A stretch of 64,000 nt of DNA from a virus, in IMG/VR virus record IMGVR_UViG_3300048999_000191; one strand, written 5' to 3'. The position numbers and the translations under genes were made by a program. Shown here piece by piece: positions 17,584 to 28,000 of the stretch. The notes below the pieces were generated by a model. The model saw nothing but the letters and a program-made list of their open reading frames with translations, had not been told where the DNA came from and did no database searches. Each line of letters starts with the position of its first letter. Position 1 is the first letter of the stretch.

Positions 17584-18049
17584 CCGCCGGGCCCGAGTCA
17601 GTGCCGGTGTGCAGCCTCAGCGCGATGGTGTGCTCGGAGCGCGCCGCCGCACGGGCAAGACCGTCCCGGCTGTTGAGGTTCGGATTGGCCCGGTTGAGGA
17701 CCCGGTTGAACATGCCCTGCCGGATGGACGGATCCGGATAGCCGCTGGCGTTGTAGACCTCGTGGCCGATCCTGTTCTTGATCTTCCAGGGAGTCAGGAC
17801 GTCCGACTTCTCTTCACGCGAGGTAATGCCCCGTAGCTGACCGTAGATCAGCTCGTCGGCGGCCTCCTCCAGCGTCGGGTTCACCCCGTAGCGCACCCGG
17901 CGGCCGACCAGCGTCCCGATGCCTTCACGCCTCATCAGATGCCACTCGTCGTACTCGATCTGCTCCCAGGGCGTCAGCTGTTCGCCGTCCTGGACTTTTT
18001 CCCAGTGGGGAGGCTGATCCATGTGGAACAAGTCGCGCGTGTCGGTCAT
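17576..18049 (-). CDS. Hypothetical phage protein
   Basis: GGAGGAGG RBS. Confidence 0.65.
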   Translation of the reverse strand: MTDTRDLFHMDQPPHWEKVQDGEQLTPWEQIEYDEWHLMRREGIGTLVGRRVRYGVNPTLEEAADELIYGQLRGITSREEKSDVLTPWKIKNRIGHEVYNASGYPDPSIRQGMFNRVLNRANPNLNSRDGLARAAARSEHTIALRLHTGTDSGPADG

Positions 18050-18753
18050 GCTGACCTCCTCCAGCTGATGCTTCTGCGGGCCAGGCGCGCGTGCTCGTAG
18101 TTCACGCAGGCCAGATGGCAGGCACGGTAGTCGGGCAGGCGGTACCTGTGCTGGACGGCGTAACCCATGGGCACCAGGCCGACATGAGCCACGTACATGA
18201 TCTCCAGGGGGTTGACATAGAAAAATCCCGCTGCCGAAGCGCGGGATTTCAGACGGATGCGGGGGACGTGGCCACCCGGGGTCGGCACGTAGCGGAGGCA
18301 GTGGTTGACCATGACCTCGGACTGATCCTTGATCAATCCTGCCAGCTGCTGGACGGCCCCGAGGGCCATCCGGTAGTGATCTTGAGCCCAGTCCTCGCGG
18401 CGGGAGCGGAAGCGGTCCAGGCCCCCGGCATCTACGAACTCGACCAGCTTCGAGAGCCCGAGTGCGGCGTACATGCCGATGGGGTTGGTCCGGGAGACGC
18501 CCATCAGCTCGGCGGCGTCGGCTTCCTTGTGATCTTCGACCAGGAACAGCCGGATCGCCGTGAACTGGGACTCGGTGAGCAGGCTGGCGGCCTTCTCGTA
18601 GAGGTACTCCAGATCCCAGATGGACCAGGTCACGCCGCGCGGAGTGGTGACCTCGTCGATCCCTTCCTGCTCGTAGAGGGACCTGAACTCCTGGAGGTAG
18701 CGCAGTAGTGACCTGAGTTCTGCCACCTCGGGAGATGCTTGTATCGACGTCAC
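18046..18753 (-). CDS. Sigma-70 region-4-like regulator fused to a degenerate HNH domain
   Basis: LTESQFTAIRLFLVEDHKEADAAELMGVS (region-4 HTH); C-terminal VQH...CVNYEH. Confidence 0.6.
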   Translation of the reverse strand: MTSIQASPEVAELRSLLRYLQEFRSLYEQEGIDEVTTPRGVTWSIWDLEYLYEKAASLLTESQFTAIRLFLVEDHKEADAAELMGVSRTNPIGMYAALGLSKLVEFVDAGGLDRFRSRREDWAQDHYRMALGAVQQLAGLIKDQSEVMVNHCLRYVPTPGGHVPRIRLKSRASAAGFFYVNPLEIMYVAHVGLVPMGYAVQHRYRLPDYRACHLACVNYEHARLARRSISWRRSA

Positions 18754-18906
18754 GTAGCCCGAGCCCCTATCGAACCCTTAGTGGCCTCGGCAAACACCGA
18801 GGCGGGCGACCTAGTGGGCCGCCCGCCTCATCGTGACTCAACGTGATCCTTTTTGGCAAGGAGATCGTCCTATTAGGTCACGAGTTCGCATCTACTTTCG
18901 CGGTTA

Positions 18907-19596
18907 CTAACCCACGTGAATGTCCTTGAGTCGCTGAGCAATTCGCTCCATCGAGCGGACGAGAGCCTCCGCCTTGCGGCTGTAGTAGGTGCTCAGGATC
19001 GCGAAGAAGTGATCTTCCCGGGCGACCAGCTTGCCGCGCGCGGTGCGGGCCTCGACGGTGTCTTTCATCGTGCCCTCAAGACGTTCGAACCCGTCGGAGA
19101 AGCTCATCTCCCAGGTGACCTTGGCGTACATCGACTCGTACCAGGCCTCGGTGGCCCGCTGTTCCCAGATCGCCAGCCGGGTCGTGAGCTGGTAGAGGAA
19201 GCGCTCTCGCTCGCGGACGTTGAGCTTGCCCCAGTCCTCGATGTATCCCCCGGACGGGGTACGTCGCCACTCCGGCATCCCGGTCATCTTGTCCCGGAGC
19301 ACCTCGCCGTCGACCCGCACCGGCTCGCGCACGAGCGACCACAGCTCGACCAGCAGAGCGAAGGCGTCGGCGAAGTTGTCGGTCAGCCGCCGCTGCACGA
19401 CCAGGTGCATCTGATTCAGCTCGGAGCGCTGTTCCGGACGCCAGTCAACCCGCATCCGGGACTGCCCGGCGGTGGCGAACTTGCGCTTGCGCTCGTCCGG
19501 CAGCTCGGGCTCGATCGGCTTGTCCAGCTCGGCGCCCAGGTCGCGAGCGGTCTCCTCGGCAGCAGTCTTACCGCTCGCGCGGGTGTTGTTGGTCAT
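18907..19596 (-). CDS. Hypothetical helical phage protein
   Basis: 229 aa; ATGA coupled. Confidence 0.65.
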   Translation of the reverse strand: MTNNTRASGKTAAEETARDLGAELDKPIEPELPDERKRKFATAGQSRMRVDWRPEQRSELNQMHLVVQRRLTDNFADAFALLVELWSLVREPVRVDGEVLRDKMTGMPEWRRTPSGGYIEDWGKLNVRERERFLYQLTTRLAIWEQRATEAWYESMYAKVTWEMSFSDGFERLEGTMKDTVEARTARGKLVAREDHFFAILSTYYSRKAEALVRSMERIAQRLKDIHVG

Positions 19597-20282
19597 GATC
19601 CACTCTCTTTCTGCGCGCAGACCTTGCAGCCGAACGTCGCGGTCATCCGGTCGTGGGGGAGTCGCTTGCGGGAGACGGGGCTCTTGTGGCCGCACTCCAG
19701 CCGGGCGACCAGGCGGGTGATGTCACGGCCGGTCATGGTCTGAGCCACCACGACCTCCTCGAACCTCGCCACCGAGCGCCGGGGCGGCCCCTCGCCCTTG
19801 GCCGCCCGGCGGCGGCGCTCGGCGCCCAGCTTGTCCAGCTCTTCCCGGATGCGCTTCTCGCCGACGCCCAGGGTCCGGGCCATCTGGGCCAGGGTCAGCC
19901 CGTTGCGGGCCATTGGCAGCAGGAGGTGGGGTGGCAGGTACGCGGCCCGGCGGCCGCCGGTCTTCCGGAGCGGGATCCCATGGTGCTCCAGCGAGGACTT
20001 CACCCGCATCTGCCCGACCTTCAGCACGGCGGCGATCTCGGTCATCGTCCGCCCCTGCCGGACGTACATCCGCTCCAGGACGGCCTTGCTCAGCGGCGGG
20101 GCCTTGCGGGAGGGCCTGATCCGGGATGCCTGCTGGTGGCTGCGCAGGGGGATCTCGTAGACGACCAGCCAGCGCCGGACGGTGTCCTTGGCCACCCCAT
20201 ACCGGACGCAGAGGCGCCGGACGGACACCTGTTCATCCAGGTAGAGGCGCCGCAGCTCGTCCTTCGGGGGCAGCTCATACAC
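19593..20282 (-). CDS. Tandem HTH DNA-binding protein with C-terminal zinc ribbon
   Basis: Three HTH-like units (two ending IPLR); LECGH...CKVC. Confidence 0.65.
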   Translation of the reverse strand: MYELPPKDELRRLYLDEQVSVRRLCVRYGVAKDTVRRWLVVYEIPLRSHQQASRIRPSRKAPPLSKAVLERMYVRQGRTMTEIAAVLKVGQMRVKSSLEHHGIPLRKTGGRRAAYLPPHLLLPMARNGLTLAQMARTLGVGEKRIREELDKLGAERRRRAAKGEGPPRRSVARFEEVVVAQTMTGRDITRLVARLECGHKSPVSRKRLPHDRMTATFGCKVCAQKESGS

Positions 20283-20928
20283 CGGGCACCGGCCTCGACA
20301 GCTGGACCAGGCCGACCGAGAACGCGTCGCGCTGATCCTGGTTCTTGATCAGATCCATGCCGGTGATCCCCAGCTGGACGGCCAGCTTCTTCAGCTCGGC
20401 GTGGTGCTGGGCCTTGGTCACTTTGTCCGTGCCGCAGACGAACCGCTTGTGGGTCTGCGGGGTGACCATGCGCTGAGTCGACAGCCGGAGATCGCGCGCG
20501 GCGACGCGCACGGCCATGCTGCCGAGGATTGAGGCTTCGGGCCGGATGATGCGGCCGCCGCCCGCCGGGGGCGCCTCGTGCACGATCTCCTGAGCGATGA
20601 GGCTGAATCCGGACGTGACCTCCAGCACCCAGTCCTTGAACTCCCCGGCGAGCTGCATGGCCCGCTGGAAGTTCGCCTCCCAGCCGGAGACCTCGCCTTC
20701 CTCGGTGCTGAACTTGCGCGCGGCGAGCACGCAGATCTGAGGGCTGCCCATCACCCAGGCATTGATCATGAAGACGGCGGCGAACTTGCGCAGCGACTGG
20801 TCGACGGCGATCACCTGGCGCGGGAAGTACTCGCGCATCGGGAGATCGTCCAGCGTCGGCGACCGCCACTCGTCCTTCGTCTTGCTCGGCCGACCGGCCG
20901 CGAAGGCCTCCAGGGCGTCGGTGTTCAT
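20275..20928 (-). CDS. RuvC-like Holliday junction resolvase
   Basis: IAVDQS, IVHE, K-x-x-x-G, DQRDA motif pattern. Confidence 0.7.
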   Translation of the reverse strand: MNTDALEAFAAGRPSKTKDEWRSPTLDDLPMREYFPRQVIAVDQSLRKFAAVFMINAWVMGSPQICVLAARKFSTEEGEVSGWEANFQRAMQLAGEFKDWVLEVTSGFSLIAQEIVHEAPPAGGGRIIRPEASILGSMAVRVAARDLRLSTQRMVTPQTHKRFVCGTDKVTKAQHHAELKKLAVQLGITGMDLIKNQDQRDAFSVGLVQLSRPVPGV

Positions 20929-22772
20929 CGAGCGATCCCTCCCATCGGGCAGAACTCGCGGACGGGGCAGCTACTCGCCCTGGCCGAGCCGAGCACACAG
21001 CAGGGCTCGGGCAGCCAGCCCTCCTGGGTGGCGACGATCGCCTCGCGGTACTTCGCCCGCTGCCTGGCTTGGAACTCGGGGTCGGCGTGGACCACGAACT
21101 CCTGCATCGGGAACGGGCTGGCCATCGAGACGATGAAGTACCGGCTCTTCGCCTTGCCCGAGATCATCAGGTAGTCCTGGGTCTGCTCCCAGTAACCGAA
21201 CGGGTTCAGCTCGCGCAGCACGTCCTCGGACGTGTACTTCTTGATCTTCATGTCGTTCATGGTGTTGTGCGTGACGATCCCAGCGGTCACGTGGTTACCG
21301 CCCTCGACCTGCATGGCTACCGTCGGCCGGTGCAGCGGCAGTACTCGCACTTCGGCGATCCTGTCCCACCCGAGCTTGCCGACCTGGTGCTGGTTCGGCT
21401 TGGTGATCGCAGGGACGTTCAGGTCACGTAGCTGCGCCGCTTTGCCCGAGACCAGGGGGATCTGCTCGCGGAAGCGGGTCACCGACACGCGGTCGCGTAC
21501 GAACAGCACGTAGGAGATGTGCTCCTCGCCCTTGTAGGTGCCTCGCGCCGTGCTGATCGAAGAGCGGATGCCGAGGTAGCCCAGCAAGATCTGGCACTCT
21601 TCCAGCAGGCGCCGATTCACGCTGGCGTACTTCAGCTGCGCGTAGGGCGAACGCACCACCGAGCCATCTGCATCGAAGTAGCCTCCGAGGAACCCGGCCC
21701 AGCTCTCCGGGCCGCCGCGCCACACCGAGTCCGGCACGAACTTGGTCCGCGACTTGGTACCGGCGAGCCCGTTTTCTCGCACCAGATTGAGCACTCGGTT
21801 GACATGATGACTGCCGCGTCGCTCAGTGCCCGCAAAGCGCCAGGTGATGTCCTTCGACAAGTGCATCTCCGCGTTCAGGGTGGCGGCATATGCGCGCATC
21901 CAGTCCAGGAAGGCCGAATCCTTCTTGGTGATGTAGATGCAGTTCGCGTGTAACGTGCCGTCGCCGACGAGCATGCCCAGGAACCGCGCTTGATCGGCGT
22001 CCCCGCCTCCCGCGTGCCATCCAGCGTCGAAGGCCACCCGAACCAAATCCTTCGGCAGCAGGTTCTCGGCCAGCACCCAGCCTCGATCGGTGAGGAACGG
22101 GTGGTTGACCGTGGTGATGATCCGTTTGCCTTCCTTGGTGATCACCTCACAGCACGGGGCGACTCCGTTGTCCCAGGACTCCTGCACCCGGCGCGGACGC
22201 AGGCTCTGCGACGCCTCGTCCCAGCCGAGGACCATGTCCCCGGCCTGGATCTTCCCTGCGGCCTTGAGCGTGCCGTCGGCCATCGAGACGGGGGTCTCGG
22301 GGTCAAGGCATTTCAGCTCGAACAGCTCGTCGTCGGCCGTGGCCATCTCACCGTCGGCGTGCCCGGTCAGGTTGTGGTACTCGTCCCGCAGCGGCACTTC
22401 CACCCGGGTCTCGATGTCGTCGGCCGCCGTGGTGCCGGGCTGCTCGCGCAGCAGGCCTTCCTGGAGCCCGATCTGCTGGATGATCCGGTGCCAGAACTTG
22501 CCCTGAGTGACCGCCATGACGAACTCCAGCGCGGGCGGCTCCTGAGGCACGTCGGCGCCGTGCTTGAGCAGGTAGGTCAGCTGGCGGGCAGTCCAGTCGC
22601 CGTGGGTGGACGGGTGGAAGTACCCGTCCCAGCCGCGCGTGCTCTCCGCCCAGCCTTCCACGTCGACTGTGAACCGCTTGAACTTCGGGTTGGCCATGGC
22701 CGCCCGCAGCACTGGGATGAAGAGCTGCTGCTTCTTCAGCCCGGACAGCGCACGGTTGAGGTTGAGCGCCAT
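20925..22772 (-). CDS. Cas4/RecB-like PD-(D/E)xK exonuclease interrupted by an intein
   Basis: HPS, GKFWH, GHADG, ELK|T, QTQDY, C-terminal Cys cluster CC...CP...C. Confidence 0.8.
   Translation of the reverse strand: MALNLNRALSGLKKQQLFIPVLRAAMANPKFKRFTVDVEGWAESTRGWDGYFHPSTHGDWTARQLTYLLKHGADVPQEPPALEFVMAVTQGKFWHRIIQQIGLQEGLLREQPGTTAADDIETRVEVPLRDEYHNLTGHADGEMATADDELFELKCLDPETPVSMADGTLKAAGKIQAGDMVLGWDEASQSLRPRRVQESWDNGVAPCCEVITKEGKRIITTVNHPFLTDRGWVLAENLLPKDLVRVAFDAGWHAGGGDADQARFLGMLVGDGTLHANCIYITKKDSAFLDWMRAYAATLNAEMHLSKDITWRFAGTERRGSHHVNRVLNLVRENGLAGTKSRTKFVPDSVWRGGPESWAGFLGGYFDADGSVVRSPYAQLKYASVNRRLLEECQILLGYLGIRSSISTARGTYKGEEHISYVLFVRDRVSVTRFREQIPLVSGKAAQLRDLNVPAITKPNQHQVGKLGWDRIAEVRVLPLHRPTVAMQVEGGNHVTAGIVTHNTMNDMKIKKYTSEDVLRELNPFGYWEQTQDYLMISGKAKSRYFIVSMASPFPMQEFVVHADPEFQARQRAKYREAIVATQEGWLPEPCCVLGSARASSCPVREFCPMGGIAR
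21264..22310 (-). mobile_element. Intein (349 aa) with LAGLIDADG endonuclease in the Cas4-like nuclease
   Basis: CLDPETPV...TVNHPF...FLGMLVGDG...FLGGYFDADG...VTHN; +1 Thr. Confidence 0.9.
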
Positions 22773-23062
22773 CAGATGCCGAACGCCTTGAGCAGGGCCT
22801 TCATGCTGTCCTTGCTCTGCGCCTTCTGGGCCAGCTCGACGAGCAACTTGGCGGCCGTCTTTTCGTCTTCGAGGCCTTCCGCGAGCCACTCCATGATCAC
22901 CGGAGCGGCCTTGGCCATCTGAGCGTGATGCTCCAGCCCGGCGAGGTCCTCGGCCTCCTTCGGAGTCAGGATCAGGGGCGTCTCGGTCAGCCCGTAGACG
23001 ATGACCCGACCCTCGCCGAGCACGTACGTCCACTGAGCCCGGATTTCTCGGTCCTCGCTCAC
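22772..23062 (-). CDS. Hypothetical protein
   Basis: GTG start; coupled. Confidence 0.55.
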   Translation of the reverse strand: MSEDREIRAQWTYVLGEGRVIVYGLTETPLILTPKEAEDLAGLEHHAQMAKAAPVIMEWLAEGLEDEKTAAKLLVELAQKAQSKDSMKALLKAFGI

Positions 23063-23586
23063 GCGACCACTCCGTTCAGTCGTTGCTCGGCCAGGTCGAG
23101 CAGGGCATCCCAAGTCAGGTCCCCCTCGGCGCCTAGCAGCACAGCCAGCCGGTGCCGGGCGTGGCGCTCCTCGTTCTGGACGTCCCGCAGCACCCCGGCC
23201 GCGCTGGCGGCCTCCAGGCCCCGGATCTGCGCCGCGCGGGCGTCCTCCAGGATCGCGGCGAAGTCGTTGGCCTCCAGCGCGATCAGGTCCAGCTCGGGCT
23301 TGAGCAGGAAGCCCTTGCTGTAGAAGCGGATCGCGATCGAAGGGATCAGGCCGCCGGACTGCTCGCAGGCCTTCGACCACATCTCCCGGCTGACCGATAC
23401 CGATGCGTGCTGGGTGGCCTTGCCGTCCCAGGCCAGCGCATGCGGCTGCTCGTGCTGGTTGTTCTTGCCGTCCATCTGATCCCGCCAGTGGCTACCCGAC
23501 CCCTTGGTCTTCCGGCCGTCGAGCAGCTCGGCCAGGAAGTCTTCGTGAAGGTCACTCATGTCGCGGGTGCTGGGCTTACTGACCAC
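23059..23586 (-). CDS. PD-(D/E)xK nuclease, Hjc-like resolvase
   Basis: HE...GSG...DG...WDGKAT pattern. Confidence 0.6.
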   Translation of the reverse strand: MVSKPSTRDMSDLHEDFLAELLDGRKTKGSGSHWRDQMDGKNNQHEQPHALAWDGKATQHASVSVSREMWSKACEQSGGLIPSIAIRFYSKGFLLKPELDLIALEANDFAAILEDARAAQIRGLEAASAAGVLRDVQNEERHARHRLAVLLGAEGDLTWDALLDLAEQRLNGVVA

Positions 23587-23992
23587 GGATGATCGCCTCC
23601 ACGTCGCCGGGTTGGCAGCTCATGCAGATCTGGAAGCTGTTCCCGACCGGCGCCAGCGTCTGCGGGTCGAGCAGCGGGGTGTCCCAGAAGAACTGCCCGC
23701 CGATCAGCTCGCGCCCGCAGGTCAGGCACTTCACGGAGCCCTGCTCGGGGTAGTCGGCAGGGTTGAACCGGCGCCGGATCGATCGGCCATAGACGTGCGC
23801 CGCGAGGTAGCGCGCCAGCTCGGGGTCGATCAGGCGACCAGCTATCTGGGCGTCCGGGTCGGGCTCCGAGGCGCGCTTGAGCCGCTCCCTCGACTCTCGC
23901 AGTTCGCGCAGCATCTTCCGCGTGGCGAAGCCGAGCACGACGAAGCCCCCCAGGATGACCAGGGAGACGGCGATGACCCAGATCTGCTCCAC
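23576..23992 (-). CDS. Membrane-anchored zinc-finger protein
   Basis: N-terminal TM helix; CLTC...CMSC. Confidence 0.55.
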   Translation of the reverse strand: MEQIWVIAVSLVILGGFVVLGFATRKMLRELRESRERLKRASEPDPDAQIAGRLIDPELARYLAAHVYGRSIRRRFNPADYPEQGSVKCLTCGRELIGGQFFWDTPLLDPQTLAPVGNSFQICMSCQPGDVEAIIRGQ

Positions 23993-23993
23993 G

Positions 23994-25061
23994 TCAGCCC
24001 TCCTTGATCGGGTCGGTGATGACCTCGTGTGTTCGGGTGGCCAGAACCTTCTCCCGGATGGCCTCGCGCGCCTTGACGTTCTCGCGCAGGTAGGCGACCA
24101 CCGAGTCCTCGCCGTTGTGCTTCGAGCCATCCGGCAGGTCGTACCAGGCGCTCCGGCGGCCGAAGACGCCTGGGATGTTGCGGGCGGTGTTGAAGACGTC
24201 CCGGGCTACATCCAGGCCCATCGGGCCGTACTTCTCGGTGGTCTGGTTCCAGAAGGTCGCCTTCGCGGTCCGGCGCGGCGGGGCCACCTTGTTCTTCTCG
24301 ATGAACATGGCGATCTCCTGGCCGACCTGCTCCTCCGCATCCTTGCCGCCGATCATGTAGGGCTTGGTGCCGGTGCGCTTGAACTGCACGCGGTGCGTGG
24401 TCACGTGGGAGAGCGCGAAGCCGCCGGTGCGGGTCAGGTCCCCGCCGTAGGCCAAGTTGGCGCGCACCTGGTTGATGATCGAGAGAATGGCGCCGGTTCG
24501 GCCCATGTCCGCCGAAGCGATCTTGACCATGCGGGTTACGACCTTGGCGTTGGCCGCCATCGTGACCTCGTCGGCGTCCTTGTCCTTCTCGGTCTGGGTG
24601 ATCATCGCACCCACCGAGTCGAGCGTGATGAAGCCGAACATCGGCTCGCCGCCATCGGTAGCGTTGATCAGCTCTTTGGTGAGATCGGCGACTTCCTCGG
24701 CATTGCCGGGCTGGATCAGGATGAACCGGCTCGGGTCCAGGTCCAGGCCGTGCCCCCGCGACCAGTCCAGGTCGAAGGTGCCCTCGACATCGATCCACGC
24801 GGCCATCCGGTCCGGCACCTGCTTCTGAAACTCGGCGGCGGAGATCGTCAGCATGGTGGACTTGCCGGTCTGTTCCCGGCCCCACAGCTCGACGACACGG
24901 CCCTTCACCCAGCCACCGCAGCCGAGGGCGTAGTCCAGGGAGAGCGAGCCCGTGGGGACGACCTCCGGCGGGCCCTCGCTCAGGTCACGGATCGAGGCAC
25001 CCTCGTGGCGCTTTTCCAGGTCTTCGGTGAATTTCTTCAGCGCTGCCTTGCTCGGGCTCAT
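23994..25061 (-). CDS. recA: RecA-family recombinase
   Basis: PTGSLSLDYALG, GREQTGKST, DSVGAM, INQVR, TGGFAL. Confidence 0.95.
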   Translation of the reverse strand: MSPSKAALKKFTEDLEKRHEGASIRDLSEGPPEVVPTGSLSLDYALGCGGWVKGRVVELWGREQTGKSTMLTISAAEFQKQVPDRMAAWIDVEGTFDLDWSRGHGLDLDPSRFILIQPGNAEEVADLTKELINATDGGEPMFGFITLDSVGAMITQTEKDKDADEVTMAANAKVVTRMVKIASADMGRTGAILSIINQVRANLAYGGDLTRTGGFALSHVTTHRVQFKRTGTKPYMIGGKDAEEQVGQEIAMFIEKNKVAPPRRTAKATFWNQTTEKYGPMGLDVARDVFNTARNIPGVFGRRSAWYDLPDGSKHNGEDSVVAYLRENVKAREAIREKVLATRTHEVITDPIKEG

Positions 25062-28000
25062 GCGGTCACTCCTTGGATCGGGATGAAGGTGTCCAGGCGG
25101 CAGCCCCGGTCTCCCTTGGTGACCAGTGCGTACGCCAGGCTCCCCTTCACGAATTGGTCGCCCTGCTGCTCCCAGAGGGAGGGGAAGGCGGCGGTGGTGA
25201 ACGACCCACGAGGGGTGGAGAGGGTGACGATCGCCATGGCGTCACCCTTCTTCGTCTGGATCTTGCGGACGCCCTGGATCACGGCGGCGACCATGTAGTT
25301 GCCGAGGCCGCCGCTCTCGATGTCGTCGGCGGTCGCGAACTGCTCCATGTCCTCGGCCGGGATGACGTCGAACGGAGTGGAGGAGAGATAGGTCCCGAGC
25401 AGCTCCTGCTCGATCGCGCGGATCTCGGCGGCCGAGTAGGGCGCCACGGTGACGTCGCCGAGCCCGGCCGCCTCGGTCCACTGGCGGCAGCCCTTCGAGC
25501 AGGTCTTCGGGGGCGCCTTCCGGCGCTCCAGCTTGCCCGTGCGCTCGCTGGTCGTCTCCGGCTCACTCAGCCAGTCGAATCCGCACGGGAGCGTCCAGGA
25601 GGCCGTCTCAGGTGCCATGGGGACACCGCGCTTCGGCGAGGGGAGCCAGACCAGCTTCCGATCGTCCTCGGCGCGGTGTGCGCAGCGCTGGGCGGCCGGG
25701 AGCGAGTCGAACGCCAGCCGCTCCTCCAGCACCCGCCGGTTGGGCTCCAGCGAGTCGAACACCCCGAGCTTGACCATGGTGGCGATGTGGCCCTTGTTCA
25801 CCTTCGAGCCCCGGCGCTCCAGGAAGTCCTCCCAGGAGGCATAGGGCTGCCCGGCGATGATCGATTCGACGGCGATCGGCCCGAGCCCCTTGATCGCGTC
25901 CATCCCGTAGCGGATGTCCAGCCCGGTGTCGCCGATGGAGAAGCCACGCCCGGAGAGGTTGATGTCCGGCGAGAGGACCTTGTACCCCATCCGCCGCGTC
26001 TCTTCCACATAGGACACACGCACGTCGTCGTCCTTGGCGGTGGAGAGCGCGCCACACATGAAGTAGAGCGGGTAGTGGAATTTGAACCAGGCCGTCCAAA
26101 CACCCAGAATGGCGTAGGCGAGCGCGTGGGCGAAGCCGAAGCTGTACCGCGCGAACTCCTCCATCTGCGCCCACAGCTCGCGCGTGACGGCCTCGTCGGT
26201 GCCATTGGCCATGGCCCGCTCGATGAAGCGCGCGCCCTCCTTCTTCGCCTCCTCGACCTTTTTCTTGCCGAGGATCTTCCGGACCTTGTCGGCCTCGACG
26301 TCGTCGTACTGCGCGAGCACCATGCACAGCTTCATGAGCTGCTCCTGGTAGATCATGGAGTTGCCCGTGAGGATGTTGTCCTCCAGCACGAAGGCGTGCG
26401 TCTCCGGCACGACCGCGCAGAACACCTCTTCGACCCGGTCGGTCTCCTCGACCGACACGACGGCCCATTGGACTCGGTCCGCCTTCTGCCGTATTGCCCG
26501 CGCGGCGCTGAACCGGCGGCGGTGCTCCTCGATCAGGAAGAAGTCCTCGGCGAGCGTGGAGGCGACCAGGCCCAGGTCGTAAACGACGGCTTCGCGAGGC
26601 TCCGTTGATCCCGGCAGCGGCGATCGCGTTACTTTCTGGGTGATGCCATAGGTGCCGATGCCCACTAGTTGCGCTACCGTCCGGAAGCGCTCCAGATCCT
26701 CCCTGCGGGCGCTGGTGATCAAGGGCACCCCCTTGGCGGTCACCTGTCCGTCGGCTGCGAAGTACCCGGCCAGCCAGCCGTAGAGGTAGCTGGTTCCCTC
26801 ATCCAGGCGGGGTGCTTCGCGCCAGGACCTCGGCAGGTCGATGACCTCGATGTAAGGCACCGCGTTCGGACCCCCGTGCGGGGCGTAAGACCTCGTGCGC
26901 GAGTTCGGGAAGTACTTCAGCAGCTGTGCGTCCTTCTCGCCGTACAAACGCACACTGGCCTGGTTCTCGGTGCGCGTCCCATCACCGAAGACGATCCCGG
27001 CGGTGATCCCGAAGGGAGACGGGGTACTTCGGCTGGCCACGCGGCGCGGCAGCTGCGCAGCAAGCACCATGCCGGACCGCAGCTCGGTGGTCAGCAACTC
27101 CTTGACCTTGCTCTTGCTGTCGCTCCAACGTCCGAACCAGCGGTGGTTCGACGTCGCATAGATGACCTTCTCCTGCTTGTTGCGCCGCAGGCTCACCTTC
27201 ATGAGCGGCTGCACACCGAAGCTGCGCACTTCTGCATTGGTCCAGACCCCGCCCGTGGTCATGAGGTCGTGCTTCGACCCGACGAGATCACCGATCTCGC
27301 GCACGCCCTGCTTGGTTGTCACCCGAGTCTCGGCGGCAAAGCAGCCCCAGGTCTTGCCGAGGACCTCGCGCATCCGCTCGTCGGGGTAGTAGACCTCCTC
27401 CTCGCCCTTGCGCCGGGCCAGGTAGCGGTCGGTCAGCCCCGAGCGCGCCGGGCCGGGCCGGACCAGGGTCACCATGTCGGCCAGCTCGTGCAGGCCGCCG
27501 GGCTTCATCCGCCGGGACATCGCGGTGCCGATCGCCGAGCCGATCTGGAACAGGCCGAGACAATGGCCCTTCCCGATCTGGTCGTACAGCAGCGGGTCTT
27601 CCAGCTCCTCGGTCCAGGCGTAGGGGTTGATGCGCTTGCCGGTGTGCTCGAAGATCAGGTCCATCGCGGTCTGGATCATGTCCAGGTTGGCGATGTTGAG
27701 CAGGTCGAACTTCACGTACCCGAGTAGCTCCAGCACCTTCAGGTCGAATTGGGCGATCATCGTGCCGTCCTCGCCCATCCGCAGCGGCAGGTTCTCCGTC
27801 AGCGGATGATCCGGGTCGATGATCACGCCCGCCGGGTGCTTGCCGTAGGCCTTCAGCCGCCCGTGGAAGCGCTTGGCGTAGAGGAAGACGTCGGGGTATC
27901 GGTCGGCGTAGGGCTGGAGCAGGTCCCCGGCGCGGTCCCACAGTTCGTCCCAGGACAGCCCCAGACCGGCCGTGTCACCCTCGGCCGCCTCGATGATCTT

